A DNA stretch of 62,304 nt from a virus (taxonomy: Duplodnaviria; Caudoviricetes): positions 1 to 62,304 of IMG/VR virus record IMGVR_UViG_3300035682_000035, one strand, 5' to 3'. Of this stretch, positions 7,754-17,122 are shown piece by piece. A program made the position numbers and the translations under genes. Below the pieces are notes generated by a model. The model searched no databases and was not told where the DNA came from. It worked only from the letters and a program-made list of their open reading frames with translations. The number at the start of each line of letters is the position of its first letter. Position 1 is the first letter of the stretch.

Positions 7754-8704
7754 ATGACCATGCAGAATGATGACTTCGAGGATTTTTCCTACGAAGTCGA
7801 AGACGAAACCCCCGTTTCTGAGGCTAATACGCCCGAAATTGAAATTGAAGATGATACCCCTGAAGCAGATCGTGGCCGTGAGCCAATGCCGAAGGAACTT
7901 GTTGAAGAACTGGAAGCTGATGAGCTCGAAGACTATTCCGACAAGGTAAAGACACGTCTGAAGCAGATGAAGAAAGTCTGGCATGACGAGCGTCGTGAAA
8001 AAGAACGCGAGATGCGTGAAAAGACAGAAGCTCTTTCTGTTGCGCAACGTATTCTTGAAGAGAACCGCAGGTTAAAAAATACACTAGCACAGGGCGAACA
8101 GTCGCTAATTGGTAGCTATAAACAAACTGCGGAGTTTGAGGCTGCTGCAGCCAAACGTGAGTTTAAAGAAGCCTACGAGTCAGGTGATGCAGACCGTCTA
8201 GCAGACGCTCAAGAGAAGCTTGCTGAAGTTAACTACCGGATGCAGCAAATAAATAATTATCGTCCTACTTTACAGGAGGAAGATAAGGAGGTAGAAATAC
8301 CTCAACAGCAGGTGCAAATTCCGCAGCCTGACCAGAAAACTATGGCGTGGCAAGAGCGCAATACGTGGTATGGTACAGACCCGGAAATGACCGCAACTGC
8401 TCTTGGGCTTCACCAGAGGCTCATAAATGAACGTGGCCCGCAGTTTGCAGGCACCGACGAATATTGGGGCGTTGTAGACAAAACTATGCGCCGTCGCTTC
8501 TCCGATTACTTCGGAGATGAAATGGATTACGGTGACACCAAGCCCGCTGCACGCGAACAAAAAGCGTCATCGGTCGTTGCTCCAGCCTCACGAACACGGT
8601 CCCCCAAAAAGATTGTGTTGAAACAGTCCCAGTTGGCAATCGCAAAACGTCTAGGCTTAACAGCTGAACAGTATGCCCGTGAACTAGTGAAGATGGAGAA
8701 TTAA
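7754..8704 (+). CDS. Putative scaffolding protein
   Basis: Acidic coiled coil with C-terminal IAKRLGLTAEQYA, upstream of capsid genes. Confidence 0.6.
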   Translation: MTMQNDDFEDFSYEVEDETPVSEANTPEIEIEDDTPEADRGREPMPKELVEELEADELEDYSDKVKTRLKQMKKVWHDERREKEREMREKTEALSVAQRILEENRRLKNTLAQGEQSLIGSYKQTAEFEAAAAKREFKEAYESGDADRLADAQEKLAEVNYRMQQINNYRPTLQEEDKEVEIPQQQVQIPQPDQKTMAWQERNTWYGTDPEMTATALGLHQRLINERGPQFAGTDEYWGVVDKTMRRRFSDYFGDEMDYGDTKPAAREQKASSVVAPASRTRSPKKIVLKQSQLAIAKRLGLTAEQYARELVKMEN

Positions 8705-8705
8705 A

Positions 8706-9182
8706 ATGACTGATATTATTGACGCCCTAGAAGGTAAATCGGGTTTGACCCGCGCCCCTCGTGAAACTCGTGCAGAAGCTGAACGTCCTAAAGTATGGCA
8801 ACCGGCATCGACCCTGCCAGAACCGGACAAGCAAGCTGGTTATGCGTATCGTTGGATACGTGTAGCATCAATGGGCCAAAACGACCCTCGCAATATCTCG
8901 TCCAAACTACGGGAAGGTTGGGAGCCAGTTAGCATCAAGGAACAACCTCAGTTCCAGATGTTGGTAGACCCTGATAGCCGTTTCAAAGACAACATCGAAG
9001 TCGCAGGACTGTTGTTGTGCAAGGCACCGGAAGAACTGATGCGTCAGCGTAAGGAATACTTTGCTGCTAAAAATCAGTCTCAGATGGACTCCGTGGACAA
9101 TAACTTCATGCGTGAGAACGACGCTCGTATGCCACTCTTTAGGGAAAAACGGTCTACGACGTCATTTGGCAAAGGCAAATAG
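8706..9182 (+). CDS. Head-region hypothetical protein
   Basis: YRWIR...REGWEPV; between scaffold and capsid. Confidence 0.75.
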   Translation: MTDIIDALEGKSGLTRAPRETRAEAERPKVWQPASTLPEPDKQAGYAYRWIRVASMGQNDPRNISSKLREGWEPVSIKEQPQFQMLVDPDSRFKDNIEVAGLLLCKAPEELMRQRKEYFAAKNQSQMDSVDNNFMRENDARMPLFREKRSTTSFGKGK

Positions 9183-9198
9183 CTAAAGGAGCTATAAA

Positions 9199-9816
9199 AT
9201 GGCATACCCTTCTGTTACCAGCCCTTACGGGCTAATCCCGATCAATTTGATCGGCGGACAGGTTTTTGCTGGTGCTACTCGTCAACTTCCAATCGCGGTT
9301 AACTCCTCGACTGCCATCTTCTATGGTGACGTCGTTAAGTTGCTCGCAGGCGGTACTGTTGGCAAGGACACTGGTACAGACTCGGCCACCCCTGTCGGTG
9401 TTTTCCTCGGTTGTACCTATACGGACCCAACCTTTGGTTTGACATTCCGTCAGTACTACCCCGGCACCACGAGCATCAGCGACATCACAGCATACGTTCA
9501 GGAAGACCCTGATGCGTTGTTTAAGGTTGCTGTATGCGCTGGTACCAACTCGAACACCGTTAGCTACCTCACTCAAGCCGCTGTTGGCTCGAACGTGAAG
9601 TTGGCAAATGGTGCGAACAACGTAGGTTCAACTGCGACTGGTAACTCTAAGGTCGGTGTTGACTCGACTGAAGGTACTACTTCGACGTGGCCTATCCGCG
9701 TTGTGGACGTTGTCCCTGAAACTGCTTTGGCAGGTAGCCCCGGTTCTTACACCGAAGTTATCGTCAAGTGGAACCAAGGCACCCACAGCTACCTCAACCC
9801 AACCGGTCTGGCATAA
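9199..9816 (+). CDS. Putative capsid decoration / minor capsid protein
   Basis: Beta-rich, IFYGDVV and GVFLGC motifs; directly before MCP. Confidence 0.6.
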   Translation: MAYPSVTSPYGLIPINLIGGQVFAGATRQLPIAVNSSTAIFYGDVVKLLAGGTVGKDTGTDSATPVGVFLGCTYTDPTFGLTFRQYYPGTTSISDITAYVQEDPDALFKVAVCAGTNSNTVSYLTQAAVGSNVKLANGANNVGSTATGNSKVGVDSTEGTTSTWPIRVVDVVPETALAGSPGSYTEVIVKWNQGTHSYLNPTGLA

Positions 9817-9828
9817 GGAGACTGAACA

Positions 9829-10740
9829 ATGGCAATTTCACGCGCACAACTTCTTAAAGAACTGTTGCCCGGACTGAACGCTTTGTTCGGCCTTGAGTAT
9901 GCACGTTACGGCGAAGAGCACAAAGAAATCTACGAAACAGAGACTTCTGAGCGTTCTTTCGAAGAAGAAACCAAGCTGTCGGGCTTCTCGGCTGCTCCGG
10001 TTAAGAACGAAGGTTCGGCCATCGCGTATGACAACGCACAGGAAGTCTTCACCGCTCGCTACAACCACGAAACGATTGCCCTCGGGTTCTCGCTGACGGA
10101 AGAAGCGATTGAAGATAACTTGTACGACTCCTTGTCGTCGCGTTACACGAAGGCACTGGCTCGCGCCATGGCTTACACCAAGCAGACCAAGGCTGCTGCA
10201 ACCCTGAACAATGGCTTCGACACCGATTATCCCGGTGGCGACGGCGTTCCATTGTTCTCGGCTTCACACCCATTGGTTTCTGGTGGCACGAACTCGAACA
10301 TCCCAAGCACTCCTGCTGATTTGAACGAAACGTCGCTTGAAGCGGCTGTAATTCAGATTGCAGCGTGGACGGATGAACGTGGCCTGCTCATCGCGGCTAA
10401 ACCGCGTAAGCTCGTCGTACCACCAAGCCTGATGTTTGTTGCTACTCGCTTGCTCGAAACCGAACTTCGCGTTTCGACTGCGGACAACGACATCAACGCA
10501 CTGAAGTCAAACGGCTCGATCCCAGAAGGATACGCTGTAAACCACTTCTTGACCGACACGGATGCTTGGTTCTTGACCACAGACGTGCCAAACGGTCTGA
10601 AGCACTTTGTTCGTACGCCAATGGCGACGGGCATGGACGGTGACTTCGATACTGGTAACGTACGTTACAAGGCTCGTGAGCGTTATTCGTTCGGCTGGTC
10701 AGACCCTCTGGGTATGTACGGCAGCGAAGGCGCAGCCTAA
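9829..10740 (+). CDS. Major capsid protein
   Basis: 303 aa; EEAIEDNLY, KLVVPP, YKARERYSFGWSD; strong SD; terminator follows. Confidence 0.9.
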   Translation: MAISRAQLLKELLPGLNALFGLEYARYGEEHKEIYETETSERSFEEETKLSGFSAAPVKNEGSAIAYDNAQEVFTARYNHETIALGFSLTEEAIEDNLYDSLSSRYTKALARAMAYTKQTKAAATLNNGFDTDYPGGDGVPLFSASHPLVSGGTNSNIPSTPADLNETSLEAAVIQIAAWTDERGLLIAAKPRKLVVPPSLMFVATRLLETELRVSTADNDINALKSNGSIPEGYAVNHFLTDTDAWFLTTDVPNGLKHFVRTPMATGMDGDFDTGNVRYKARERYSFGWSDPLGMYGSEGAA

Positions 10741-10777
10741 TAAGTTTCCCCGAGAGCGTAGCTCAAGGGAACGGGGG

Positions 10778-10811
10778 GAAGGGAGGAGAGAAATCTCTTC
10801 CCTTCTTTTTT
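10778..10811 (+). terminator. Intrinsic terminator after MCP
   Basis: 12-bp stem GAAGGGAGGAGA-GAAA-TCTCTTCCCTTC then T6. Confidence 0.9.
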
Positions 10812-10814
10812 ATA

Positions 10815-10915
10815 TGTGCTATATCTACGCTACTAGGGAACAATATTCGTACCGACCGGCCCAGCGGACTTAGTAGAGACGGTACGTACGAGTGCTACTA
10901 CACAGGAGATAAATC
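10815..10915 (+). promoter_or_regulatory. Extended -10 (TGCTATATC) followed by structured 5' leader
   Basis: Stem 10848-54/10880-86; TAGTAG 10871-76 complementary to CTACTA at 10830-35 and 10895-900. Confidence 0.45.
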
Positions 10916-11284
10916 ATGGCTAATACCACATTTAACGGTCCAGTTCGTTCTGAGAACGGCTTCCAAACAATTTCAATCGACGGCTCGACCGGCACTGTAA
11001 CAGTCACCGGCACTTTCGGTGCAGCTACTTCGGTAACTTCTTTGGCTGCAACGAGCACGGTTACCGCTCGTAGCGCTTCGGGCCTCACCGCTGGCGGTGC
11101 TTCTGCATTCATCGGCACTAACGTCGCCGCTGGTATGGGCATCTATATGGGTTCAGGCGCTCCGACTGTTGCAGCAGCTAAGGGTTCGCTCTACCTGCGT
11201 AGCGATGGTTCGGGTGTAGGCGACCGTGCATACATCAACACCAACGGCACGACCGGCTGGGCTGCAATTACTACTGCTTCGTAA
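10916..11284 (+). CDS. Small S/T/G-rich virion protein (head fibre-like)
   Basis: N-terminal TTFNGPVRSENGF; GAP...GSLYLR...YIN motif. Confidence 0.7.
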   Translation: MANTTFNGPVRSENGFQTISIDGSTGTVTVTGTFGAATSVTSLAATSTVTARSASGLTAGGASAFIGTNVAAGMGIYMGSGAPTVAAAKGSLYLRSDGSGVGDRAYINTNGTTGWAAITTAS

Positions 11285-11315
11285 TCGGTAACAACCTCTA
11301 AGAAGGAGAATACTG

Positions 11316-11792
11316 ATGGGTATGCAATATGATGTCAAATCCAAACATTTGGGCGCTTCAGGCGTTGCGTATGGCTCCCGTACGCGCCTGAAGGGGGCTA
11401 TTATCTCTGCAAATGCGGCTGCGGCACAGAGGAACGTCCTCTTTATGGAGAACGACCCGCAAGCAGGTACGTACAGCATCACCTCAACCACGCTGACCGT
11501 CACAGTAGCAAATAATCTTGTTGCCGGTGATAGGGTATTTCTAGATTTTACTAGTGGTACCGCTGTGGACGGTTCGTATACGGTGCTTACTGCTAATGCC
11601 ACCACCTTTACGGTTACTACGGCAGCCTCGGGTACAGGTAACGTGACGGTTTATATGACCTTGCTGTTAGAAGCCGATACCTACAATCCTACGGCGTACT
11701 CTATACTCGTTCCCGGCGAAGGCATCCTTGCGGAAAACGGGATTTATGTAGGTTTGCCTGCAAACGTAACCGCTACAACCTTTTACGGGTGA
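11316..11792 (+). CDS. Putative virion structural protein
   Basis: PGEGIL.ENGIYV...FYG C-terminus; Thr-rich insert. Confidence 0.7.
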   Translation: MGMQYDVKSKHLGASGVAYGSRTRLKGAIISANAAAAQRNVLFMENDPQAGTYSITSTTLTVTVANNLVAGDRVFLDFTSGTAVDGSYTVLTANATTFTVTTAASGTGNVTVYMTLLLEADTYNPTAYSILVPGEGILAENGIYVGLPANVTATTFYG

Positions 11793-11795
11793 TAT

Positions 11796-12533
11796 ATGCA
11801 ACAGGAACAAAGCTACGACTTAGCTGGTAAGAGCATCTTCATTGCTCTTCCAGCGTACGACTTCAAGGTATCCTTGAAGCTAGCTGTTTCTCTTGCTCGT
11901 TTCGCGCAACAGGCTGCGCAGCACGGGGTTGATATTCAGATTGGCAGCATTTGCGGCTGTTCTGTTGTCTCCCGTGCGCGCAACTTGCTGGCGCAAGACC
12001 TGCTTGAGTCGAACTGCGACTTCCTAATGTTCATCGACTCGGACATTAACTTCGAGCCAGAAGATGTATTCCGCCTTATGGCGTGGGGTACAGACCCTAA
12101 GAAGGGTATTGTAGCTGCGGTGCCCCGTACGCGCAGCGAAACCAAAACTTACATCGCTACGCTTGACCATGACGAAAATGGCGAACTCACCATGAACGGT
12201 ATGGGCCTCGTACGTGCGAAGCGCGTGGCGACTGCCTTTATGCTGGTTCGTCGTGAAGTCTTTGAGCAGATGGCTGAAGCCCATCCAGAATGGAGATACT
12301 ATGACACTCGCTCAGATCGCACGCTTACCGCGATGTTTGATTTCCAAGTTACGGAAGAAGGTTACATGGGGGAAGACTTCCTCTTCTGCGACCGTGCACG
12401 TGAACTCGGTTTCGACGTCTGGATCGACCCATCAATCTCGTTAGGTCATATGGGCGTACAGGAATATATCGGTAACTACGGTCAAGACATCCTCTATCCG
12501 ATGGTTGTCCCCGCACAGAAGGACGCAGCATAA
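11796..12533 (+). CDS. GT-A fold glycosyltransferase-like protein (late)
   Basis: SVVSRARN, FIDSD (DxD), FMLVRR, GEDFLFC, LGHMG. Confidence 0.75.
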   Translation: MQQEQSYDLAGKSIFIALPAYDFKVSLKLAVSLARFAQQAAQHGVDIQIGSICGCSVVSRARNLLAQDLLESNCDFLMFIDSDINFEPEDVFRLMAWGTDPKKGIVAAVPRTRSETKTYIATLDHDENGELTMNGMGLVRAKRVATAFMLVRREVFEQMAEAHPEWRYYDTRSDRTLTAMFDFQVTEEGYMGEDFLFCDRARELGFDVWIDPSISLGHMGVQEYIGNYGQDILYPMVVPAQKDAA

Positions 12534-12973
12534 TGGGTATTAAGCTTGGAGATATTTCACCGTTCGCAGGCGCTGTAACGGGTAAGGGTATATTTGGTAA
12601 GGGACTCGGTGCAATGAATAAGGCACTTGGCCCTATGGCGGGTATAGCGCCTCGTATGGCTGGAGCGGCACAGAAGAAGACCGCTCGACGCGCAGCGACA
12701 GCCGCAGAAGTTGCGGCTATGCAAAGGGCTGACTTCGACGCCAAGCGCGCTGCTGCATCCGGTATGCGTGCTCGTCCGATGATAGAAGAAGTTATGGTAG
12801 CTGAACAAGCCCCCGCTATGGGCGGTCGCTTCGGAGTTACAGACCGTGGCGAGAATACCAAGCAGTTTAAAAAGGGCGGCAAGGTTAAAAAGATGGCCAA
12901 AGGCGGATCAACTGCTTCTAAGCGTGGTGATGGTATCGCTACCCAAGGCAAAACCAAAGGACGTTTTATCTGA
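12533..12973 (+). CDS. Basic low-complexity protein with FKKGG/MAKGG motifs
   Basis: Coupled ORF; K/G/A-rich. Confidence 0.75.
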   Translation: MGIKLGDISPFAGAVTGKGIFGKGLGAMNKALGPMAGIAPRMAGAAQKKTARRAATAAEVAAMQRADFDAKRAAASGMRARPMIEEVMVAEQAPAMGGRFGVTDRGENTKQFKKGGKVKKMAKGGSTASKRGDGIATQGKTKGRFI

Positions 12974-13227
12974 TGGCCAAGACGCCTGCTTGGACACGCA
13001 AAGAAGGCAAAGCGAAGTCTGGCGGGCTGAACGCCAAGGGTCGTGCGTCTTACAATAAGGCTAATCCGGGTAAGCCCGGGTTGAAGGCTCCGCAGCCTGA
13101 AGGTGGTCCGCGCAAGAAGTCATTCTGCGCACGGATGTCGGGAATGAAGAAGAAACTCACATCGAAGAAGACCGCTAATGATCCTAACAGCCGTATCAAC
13201 AAATCCCTCCGTGCTTGGAAGTGCTGA
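12973..13227 (+). CDS. Small basic protein (resembles DUF6321)
   Basis: GGLNAKGRASY...RKKSFCARM. Confidence 0.75.
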   Translation: MAKTPAWTRKEGKAKSGGLNAKGRASYNKANPGKPGLKAPQPEGGPRKKSFCARMSGMKKKLTSKKTANDPNSRINKSLRAWKC

Positions 13228-13228
13228 C

Positions 13229-13471
13229 ATGGAAATGATGATCTGGAACATCATACTGAGCGCAGTGGTGGGCATCATGGGCTTCCTGTTTAAAGGTAAG
13301 TTCGACGACCTCACCCGTATAAGTATACTGCTTAACAAGACACGGGAAGAAATGGCTCGGGAACATGTGACCCGTGCGGAGATGAACACATTGGTTGATA
13401 AGCTAGGGGATCGGTTTGACCGGGCCTTCGAGCGCCTTGAGGCCAAGGTTGATGAGATGAGAAAGGTATAA
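13229..13471 (+). CDS. Small membrane protein (TM plus coiled coil); likely start MEMMIW
   Basis: Hydrophobic IWNIILSAVVGIMGFLF then heptads. Confidence 0.7.
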   Translation: MEMMIWNIILSAVVGIMGFLFKGKFDDLTRISILLNKTREEMAREHVTRAEMNTLVDKLGDRFDRAFERLEAKVDEMRKV

Positions 13472-13473
13472 TT

Positions 13474-14553
13474 ATGGCACGTACGATGAAAAAGTTCTCA
13501 GCCGGTGGCGCACAAGGTCGTTACGACCGTCGTATGGCAGATATCGAAAAAGACTACGCAAATGCTATGAAGCGTAAGACGGGTAAGGCTGCTGAAGTAG
13601 CTGATGCAAAGCGCCAGCAGCGCATTGCTGACGCCAAGGATGATCTTGCCAAGCGCACAGGTGCTGATCGTACAGCTACTCGCGCCGCAGAGCGTACCGC
13701 AGAAAGCAACCTCACAAAGACCCGCAAGTACGGCGCACCACAGTCGGTAACTAAAGATACCGCTGGGCCTACAGGGAAAGTCACAGACACCCTAGGTGCG
13801 TTAACTGCGCCTAAGTCGGACCTCGCTACCGCTGCTAAGAAGCCTGTACAGAAGCCCGTACAGAAGCCTGTACAGAAACCAAATATCGACAACCCGTCTA
13901 TGTCTAGCACTCGGGCACGGCTGGAAGCAGGGCGCGCCGATTTCCGTAAGCAGCAGCAAAACCGTCGTAAAATAGCAGCAGCAGCTGAAAAAGAGCCTGT
14001 TACTAGGATGGACAGGAAGGCTTTCGACGACTTGAAAACCGGTAAAAACAGCTATGGAGCTGCTAACCTCGGAAAGTCACGCGCACCTGCCGCTTCATCG
14101 GCGTTGATGGCACCAAAGGGTTCTACGTCACGTAGCGGCTCTTTAGGCGACATATTCAAAACATCTGACGCCTACAGAAAGTCACAGGAAGCTAAATACG
14201 GTAAAGCCAAAGGAGGCAAAATTATGAAATACGCTAAAGGTGGTTCGGCATCTTCGCAACCAATGCCGCCGAAGAAAAAACCAAAAGAGCCGATTACGGG
14301 TGGTGCAAACACCGTGCCGTTGACCCCAGAGCGTAAAGAGTTTCTTAAGGAACTGGCAAAGCGCAATGCTAAGCCGGGTATGGCGAAAGGCGGTAAGGCA
14401 ACTAAGTTCGGCGCTGCTATGAAGAAGAAGTCAGCCGACACTAAGGGTCGTGCAATGATGAAGTTCGCCAAGGGCGGCTCCATCGACGGTTGTGCTGTCA
14501 AAGGCAAGACCAAGACTTCGATGGTCAAGATGAAAAACGGCGGCTCCTGCTAA
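13474..14553 (+). CDS. Lys-rich disordered protein with six xAxGG-type motifs
   Basis: FSAGG, KAKGG, YAKGG, MAKGG, FAKGG, MKNGG; KPVQ x3. Confidence 0.8.
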   Translation: MARTMKKFSAGGAQGRYDRRMADIEKDYANAMKRKTGKAAEVADAKRQQRIADAKDDLAKRTGADRTATRAAERTAESNLTKTRKYGAPQSVTKDTAGPTGKVTDTLGALTAPKSDLATAAKKPVQKPVQKPVQKPNIDNPSMSSTRARLEAGRADFRKQQQNRRKIAAAAEKEPVTRMDRKAFDDLKTGKNSYGAANLGKSRAPAASSALMAPKGSTSRSGSLGDIFKTSDAYRKSQEAKYGKAKGGKIMKYAKGGSASSQPMPPKKKPKEPITGGANTVPLTPERKEFLKELAKRNAKPGMAKGGKATKFGAAMKKKSADTKGRAMMKFAKGGSIDGCAVKGKTKTSMVKMKNGGSC

Positions 14554-14846
14554 TGCGCGCTTGTCGGGGTATGGGGGCTATAAACCCTTCTAAAATGCCG
14601 GGGGCGAAGACAATTCGTCGTAAGGATAACCCCGACGAAGTGACTATGTATGCTAAAGGCGGCGAGGCGAAGCTCGATATTTCGAAGGCCATTAAGAAGC
14701 CCGGTGCATTGCGCTCGGCTTTAGGCACCAAGAAAGGGCAGAAAATCCCAGCCGGTAAGCTTGCTAAGGCCGCTAAGGCTCCCGGTAAGTTAGGCCAACG
14801 TGCACGGTTTGCGCAGTTGCTAAAGGGCTTCAATAAAGGTAAGTGA
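14553..14846 (+). CDS. Small basic protein; likely start MRACRG
   Basis: TAATG coupling; YAKGG; AIKKPGALR...GKLGQRARFA. Confidence 0.75.
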   Translation: MRACRGMGAINPSKMPGAKTIRRKDNPDEVTMYAKGGEAKLDISKAIKKPGALRSALGTKKGQKIPAGKLAKAAKAPGKLGQRARFAQLLKGFNKGK

Positions 14847-14847
14847 T

Positions 14848-15429
14848 ATGATTCCTGCAGGTAATTTTGGCAATCAACAGGGCGGCTTCGGTGGTCAGCA
14901 ACAGCAGGGCTTCGGTGGTTTTGGCGGTGGCTTCGGTGGTCAGCAACAGCAGGGCTTCGGTGGTTTTGGCGGTGGCTTCGGTATGCCTCAGCAACAGCAG
15001 GGCTTCGGCGGTTTCGGTGGTTTCGGTATGCCTCAGCAACAGCAGGGCTTCGGCGGCTTCGGCGGATTTAACGGCTTTGGTGGTGGGTTTGGTATGCCCC
15101 AGCAGCGTTTCGGCGGCTTCGATATGCTTCGGCAACGCATATTGTCAGCGCGGCAGCGACAACAACAACAACCTATGACTTTCCCTCCGGCTCCGCAGCA
15201 GCCCCAACCCCAGCCCCAACCCCAGCCCCAACCGCAAGTCTCTGGTGGGCGCGGGTCCGACTTTGGTTTCGACCCGACGCAACCTAGGATTTCAGGTGGC
15301 CCCGTCAGTGATCCAATGCAGCCGCAAATGATGACTCAACCCCCAGCGCCTAACCCCTATTCTCAGCAGGTCGGCCAAGAAGACCCACGTATGCAAGCCA
15401 TGCGTAATATGAGCATGATGAGGTTTTAA
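14848..15429 (+). CDS. FG/G/Q-rich low-complexity protein
   Basis: Repeated QQQQGFGGFGG; PQ tract; fills the gap between flanking genes. Confidence 0.7.
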   Translation: MIPAGNFGNQQGGFGGQQQQGFGGFGGGFGGQQQQGFGGFGGGFGMPQQQQGFGGFGGFGMPQQQQGFGGFGGFNGFGGGFGMPQQRFGGFDMLRQRILSARQRQQQQPMTFPPAPQQPQPQPQPQPQPQVSGGRGSDFGFDPTQPRISGGPVSDPMQPQMMTQPPAPNPYSQQVGQEDPRMQAMRNMSMMRF

Positions 15430-15431
15430 TC

Positions 15432-15827
15432 ATGGCTCGGTCGGACGAACCTAAATGGAAACGCATTGTCGCTAGTGTAAAAGCTGGCGACAAAGGTGGA
15501 AACGCAGGTCAATGGTCCGCACGCAAAGCCCAGCTTGCTACGCAGCGGTACAAGAAGTCCGGCGGCAGCTACAGCGGCCCGAAGACAGAAGCGCAGAAAT
15601 CTTTGTCCAAATGGGGTAAGGAAGACTGGGGAACCAAGTCAGGCAAGCCGTCTACTCAAGGGCCGAAAGCTACGGGTGAGCGCTACTTACCTAAGAAAGC
15701 ACGTGAGGCTTTGAGTTCGCAGGAATACTCTGCTACAAGCAAGGCGAAACGCGCAGGCATTAAGGCGGGCAAACAGTTCGTTAAGCAGCCAAAGGCCATA
15801 GCAAAGAAGGCAGCTAAGTACCGATGA
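15432..15827 (+). CDS. Small basic protein (resembles DUF5872)
   Basis: GQWSARKAQL...SLSKW...W...GERYLP. Confidence 0.75.
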   Translation: MARSDEPKWKRIVASVKAGDKGGNAGQWSARKAQLATQRYKKSGGSYSGPKTEAQKSLSKWGKEDWGTKSGKPSTQGPKATGERYLPKKAREALSSQEYSATSKAKRAGIKAGKQFVKQPKAIAKKAAKYR

Positions 15828-16531
15828 CTACCTCTGGCACCACCACATTTAACCTCAACCTCAACGACCTAGTCGAAGAGGCTTTTGAGCGTTGTGGGGC
15901 TGAGCTTCGCACGGGTTATGACTTACGCACTGCACGCCGCAGTTTGAACCTGCTCACTATTGAGTGGGCTAACCGTGGCATTAACTTGTGGACCATTGAG
16001 CAGGGTTCGATCCCCATGGTGCAGGGACAGATCGTCTATGACCTGCCGGTAGATACCATAGACCTACTTGAGCATGTCGTGCGCACCCAGACTGGGCAGC
16101 AGCAGACTGATATCACTATTAACCGTATCAGTATCGACACATACTCGACTATTCCAAATAAGAACGCGCAGGGTCGGCCTATCCAAGTGTGGATTAACCG
16201 CCAATCTGGTGCGCAAAACCCCTCCGGTATCCAGTACCCGAGCATCAACGTGTGGCCTGCGCCTGACCAGAACAGCTATTATACATTTGTTTACTGGCGC
16301 TTGCGCCGCTTACAGGATGCTGGTGAAGGTGTTACTACGCAAGATATACCGTTTAGGTTCCTCCCTTGTCTGGTGGCTGGTCTCGCGTATCACCTATCCC
16401 TAAAGGTTCCCGGCGCGCTTGAGCGTTCTGCGGGGCTGAAGATGCAGTATGAAGAACTCTGGCAGCAGGCTGCTGATGAGGACCGTGAGAAAGCGCCTTT
16501 GCGCATCGCACCTCGTCAGTATTTCCGGTGA
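15824..16531 (+). CDS. Putative head-tail adaptor/connector
   Basis: ARRSLNLL..EWANRG, GRP, WPAPD, GLAYHLS. Confidence 0.6.
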   Translation: MTTSGTTTFNLNLNDLVEEAFERCGAELRTGYDLRTARRSLNLLTIEWANRGINLWTIEQGSIPMVQGQIVYDLPVDTIDLLEHVVRTQTGQQQTDITINRISIDTYSTIPNKNAQGRPIQVWINRQSGAQNPSGIQYPSINVWPAPDQNSYYTFVYWRLRRLQDAGEGVTTQDIPFRFLPCLVAGLAYHLSLKVPGALERSAGLKMQYEELWQQAADEDREKAPLRIAPRQYFR

Positions 16532-16534
16532 TAC

Positions 16535-16927
16535 GTGCCTAATCGGTTCGCCTCTGGTAAGTGGGCAATCGCCCAGTGTGACCGCTGTAACTTCCGCTAC
16601 AAGCTTAAGGAGCTTAAGCGGCTTGTCATTAAGACCAAGAACATCAACATTCTCGTGTGCCCCACTTGCTGGGAACCAGATCAGCCCCAGCTTCAGTTGG
16701 GTATGTACCCCGTGGATGACCCACAAGCGCTGCGCGACCCACGCCCAGACAATAGCTATGGACAAGCGGGCCTGAACGTGGACAATAACCCAACCGATGG
16801 TAGCCGCATAATTCAGTGGGGTTGGGCCCCTGTAGGGTTAAATAATCCTTTGGGTTTATTTGGTCTTCCAAATACGCTATTAGGTGTTGGTCAAATAGGG
16901 ACCGTAACAGTCGAGACGGAGAATTAG
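16535..16927 (+). CDS. Zn-finger-containing late protein
   Basis: CDRC...CPTC.EP.QPQL. Confidence 0.7.
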   Translation: MPNRFASGKWAIAQCDRCNFRYKLKELKRLVIKTKNINILVCPTCWEPDQPQLQLGMYPVDDPQALRDPRPDNSYGQAGLNVDNNPTDGSRIIQWGWAPVGLNNPLGLFGLPNTLLGVGQIGTVTVETEN

Positions 16928-17121
16928 TGATGGATAAGAAAGACATGAAGCAGGATAAGGCTACCGCAGCGAAGGCCGTGCACAAGCACGAGCGCGCAAT
17001 GCACAAGGGTAAGCCTCTGACTAAGATGGCCAAGGGCGGCAAGACCAACGCACAGATGGGTGCAATGGGCCGTAACCTAGCCAAGATCGCCAATCAGAAG
17101 TCATCTTCGCGGGGTAAATAA
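16927..17121 (+). CDS. Small basic protein with MAKGG
   Basis: Coupled ORF; VHKHERAMH. Confidence 0.7.
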   Translation: MMDKKDMKQDKATAAKAVHKHERAMHKGKPLTKMAKGGKTNAQMGAMGRNLAKIANQKSSSRGK

Positions 17122-17122
17122 T

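Noticed and set aside
9829-10780. Capsid frameshift or read-through extension
   Set aside because: Tandem TAA TAA stops followed by a strong terminator; no slippery site seen.
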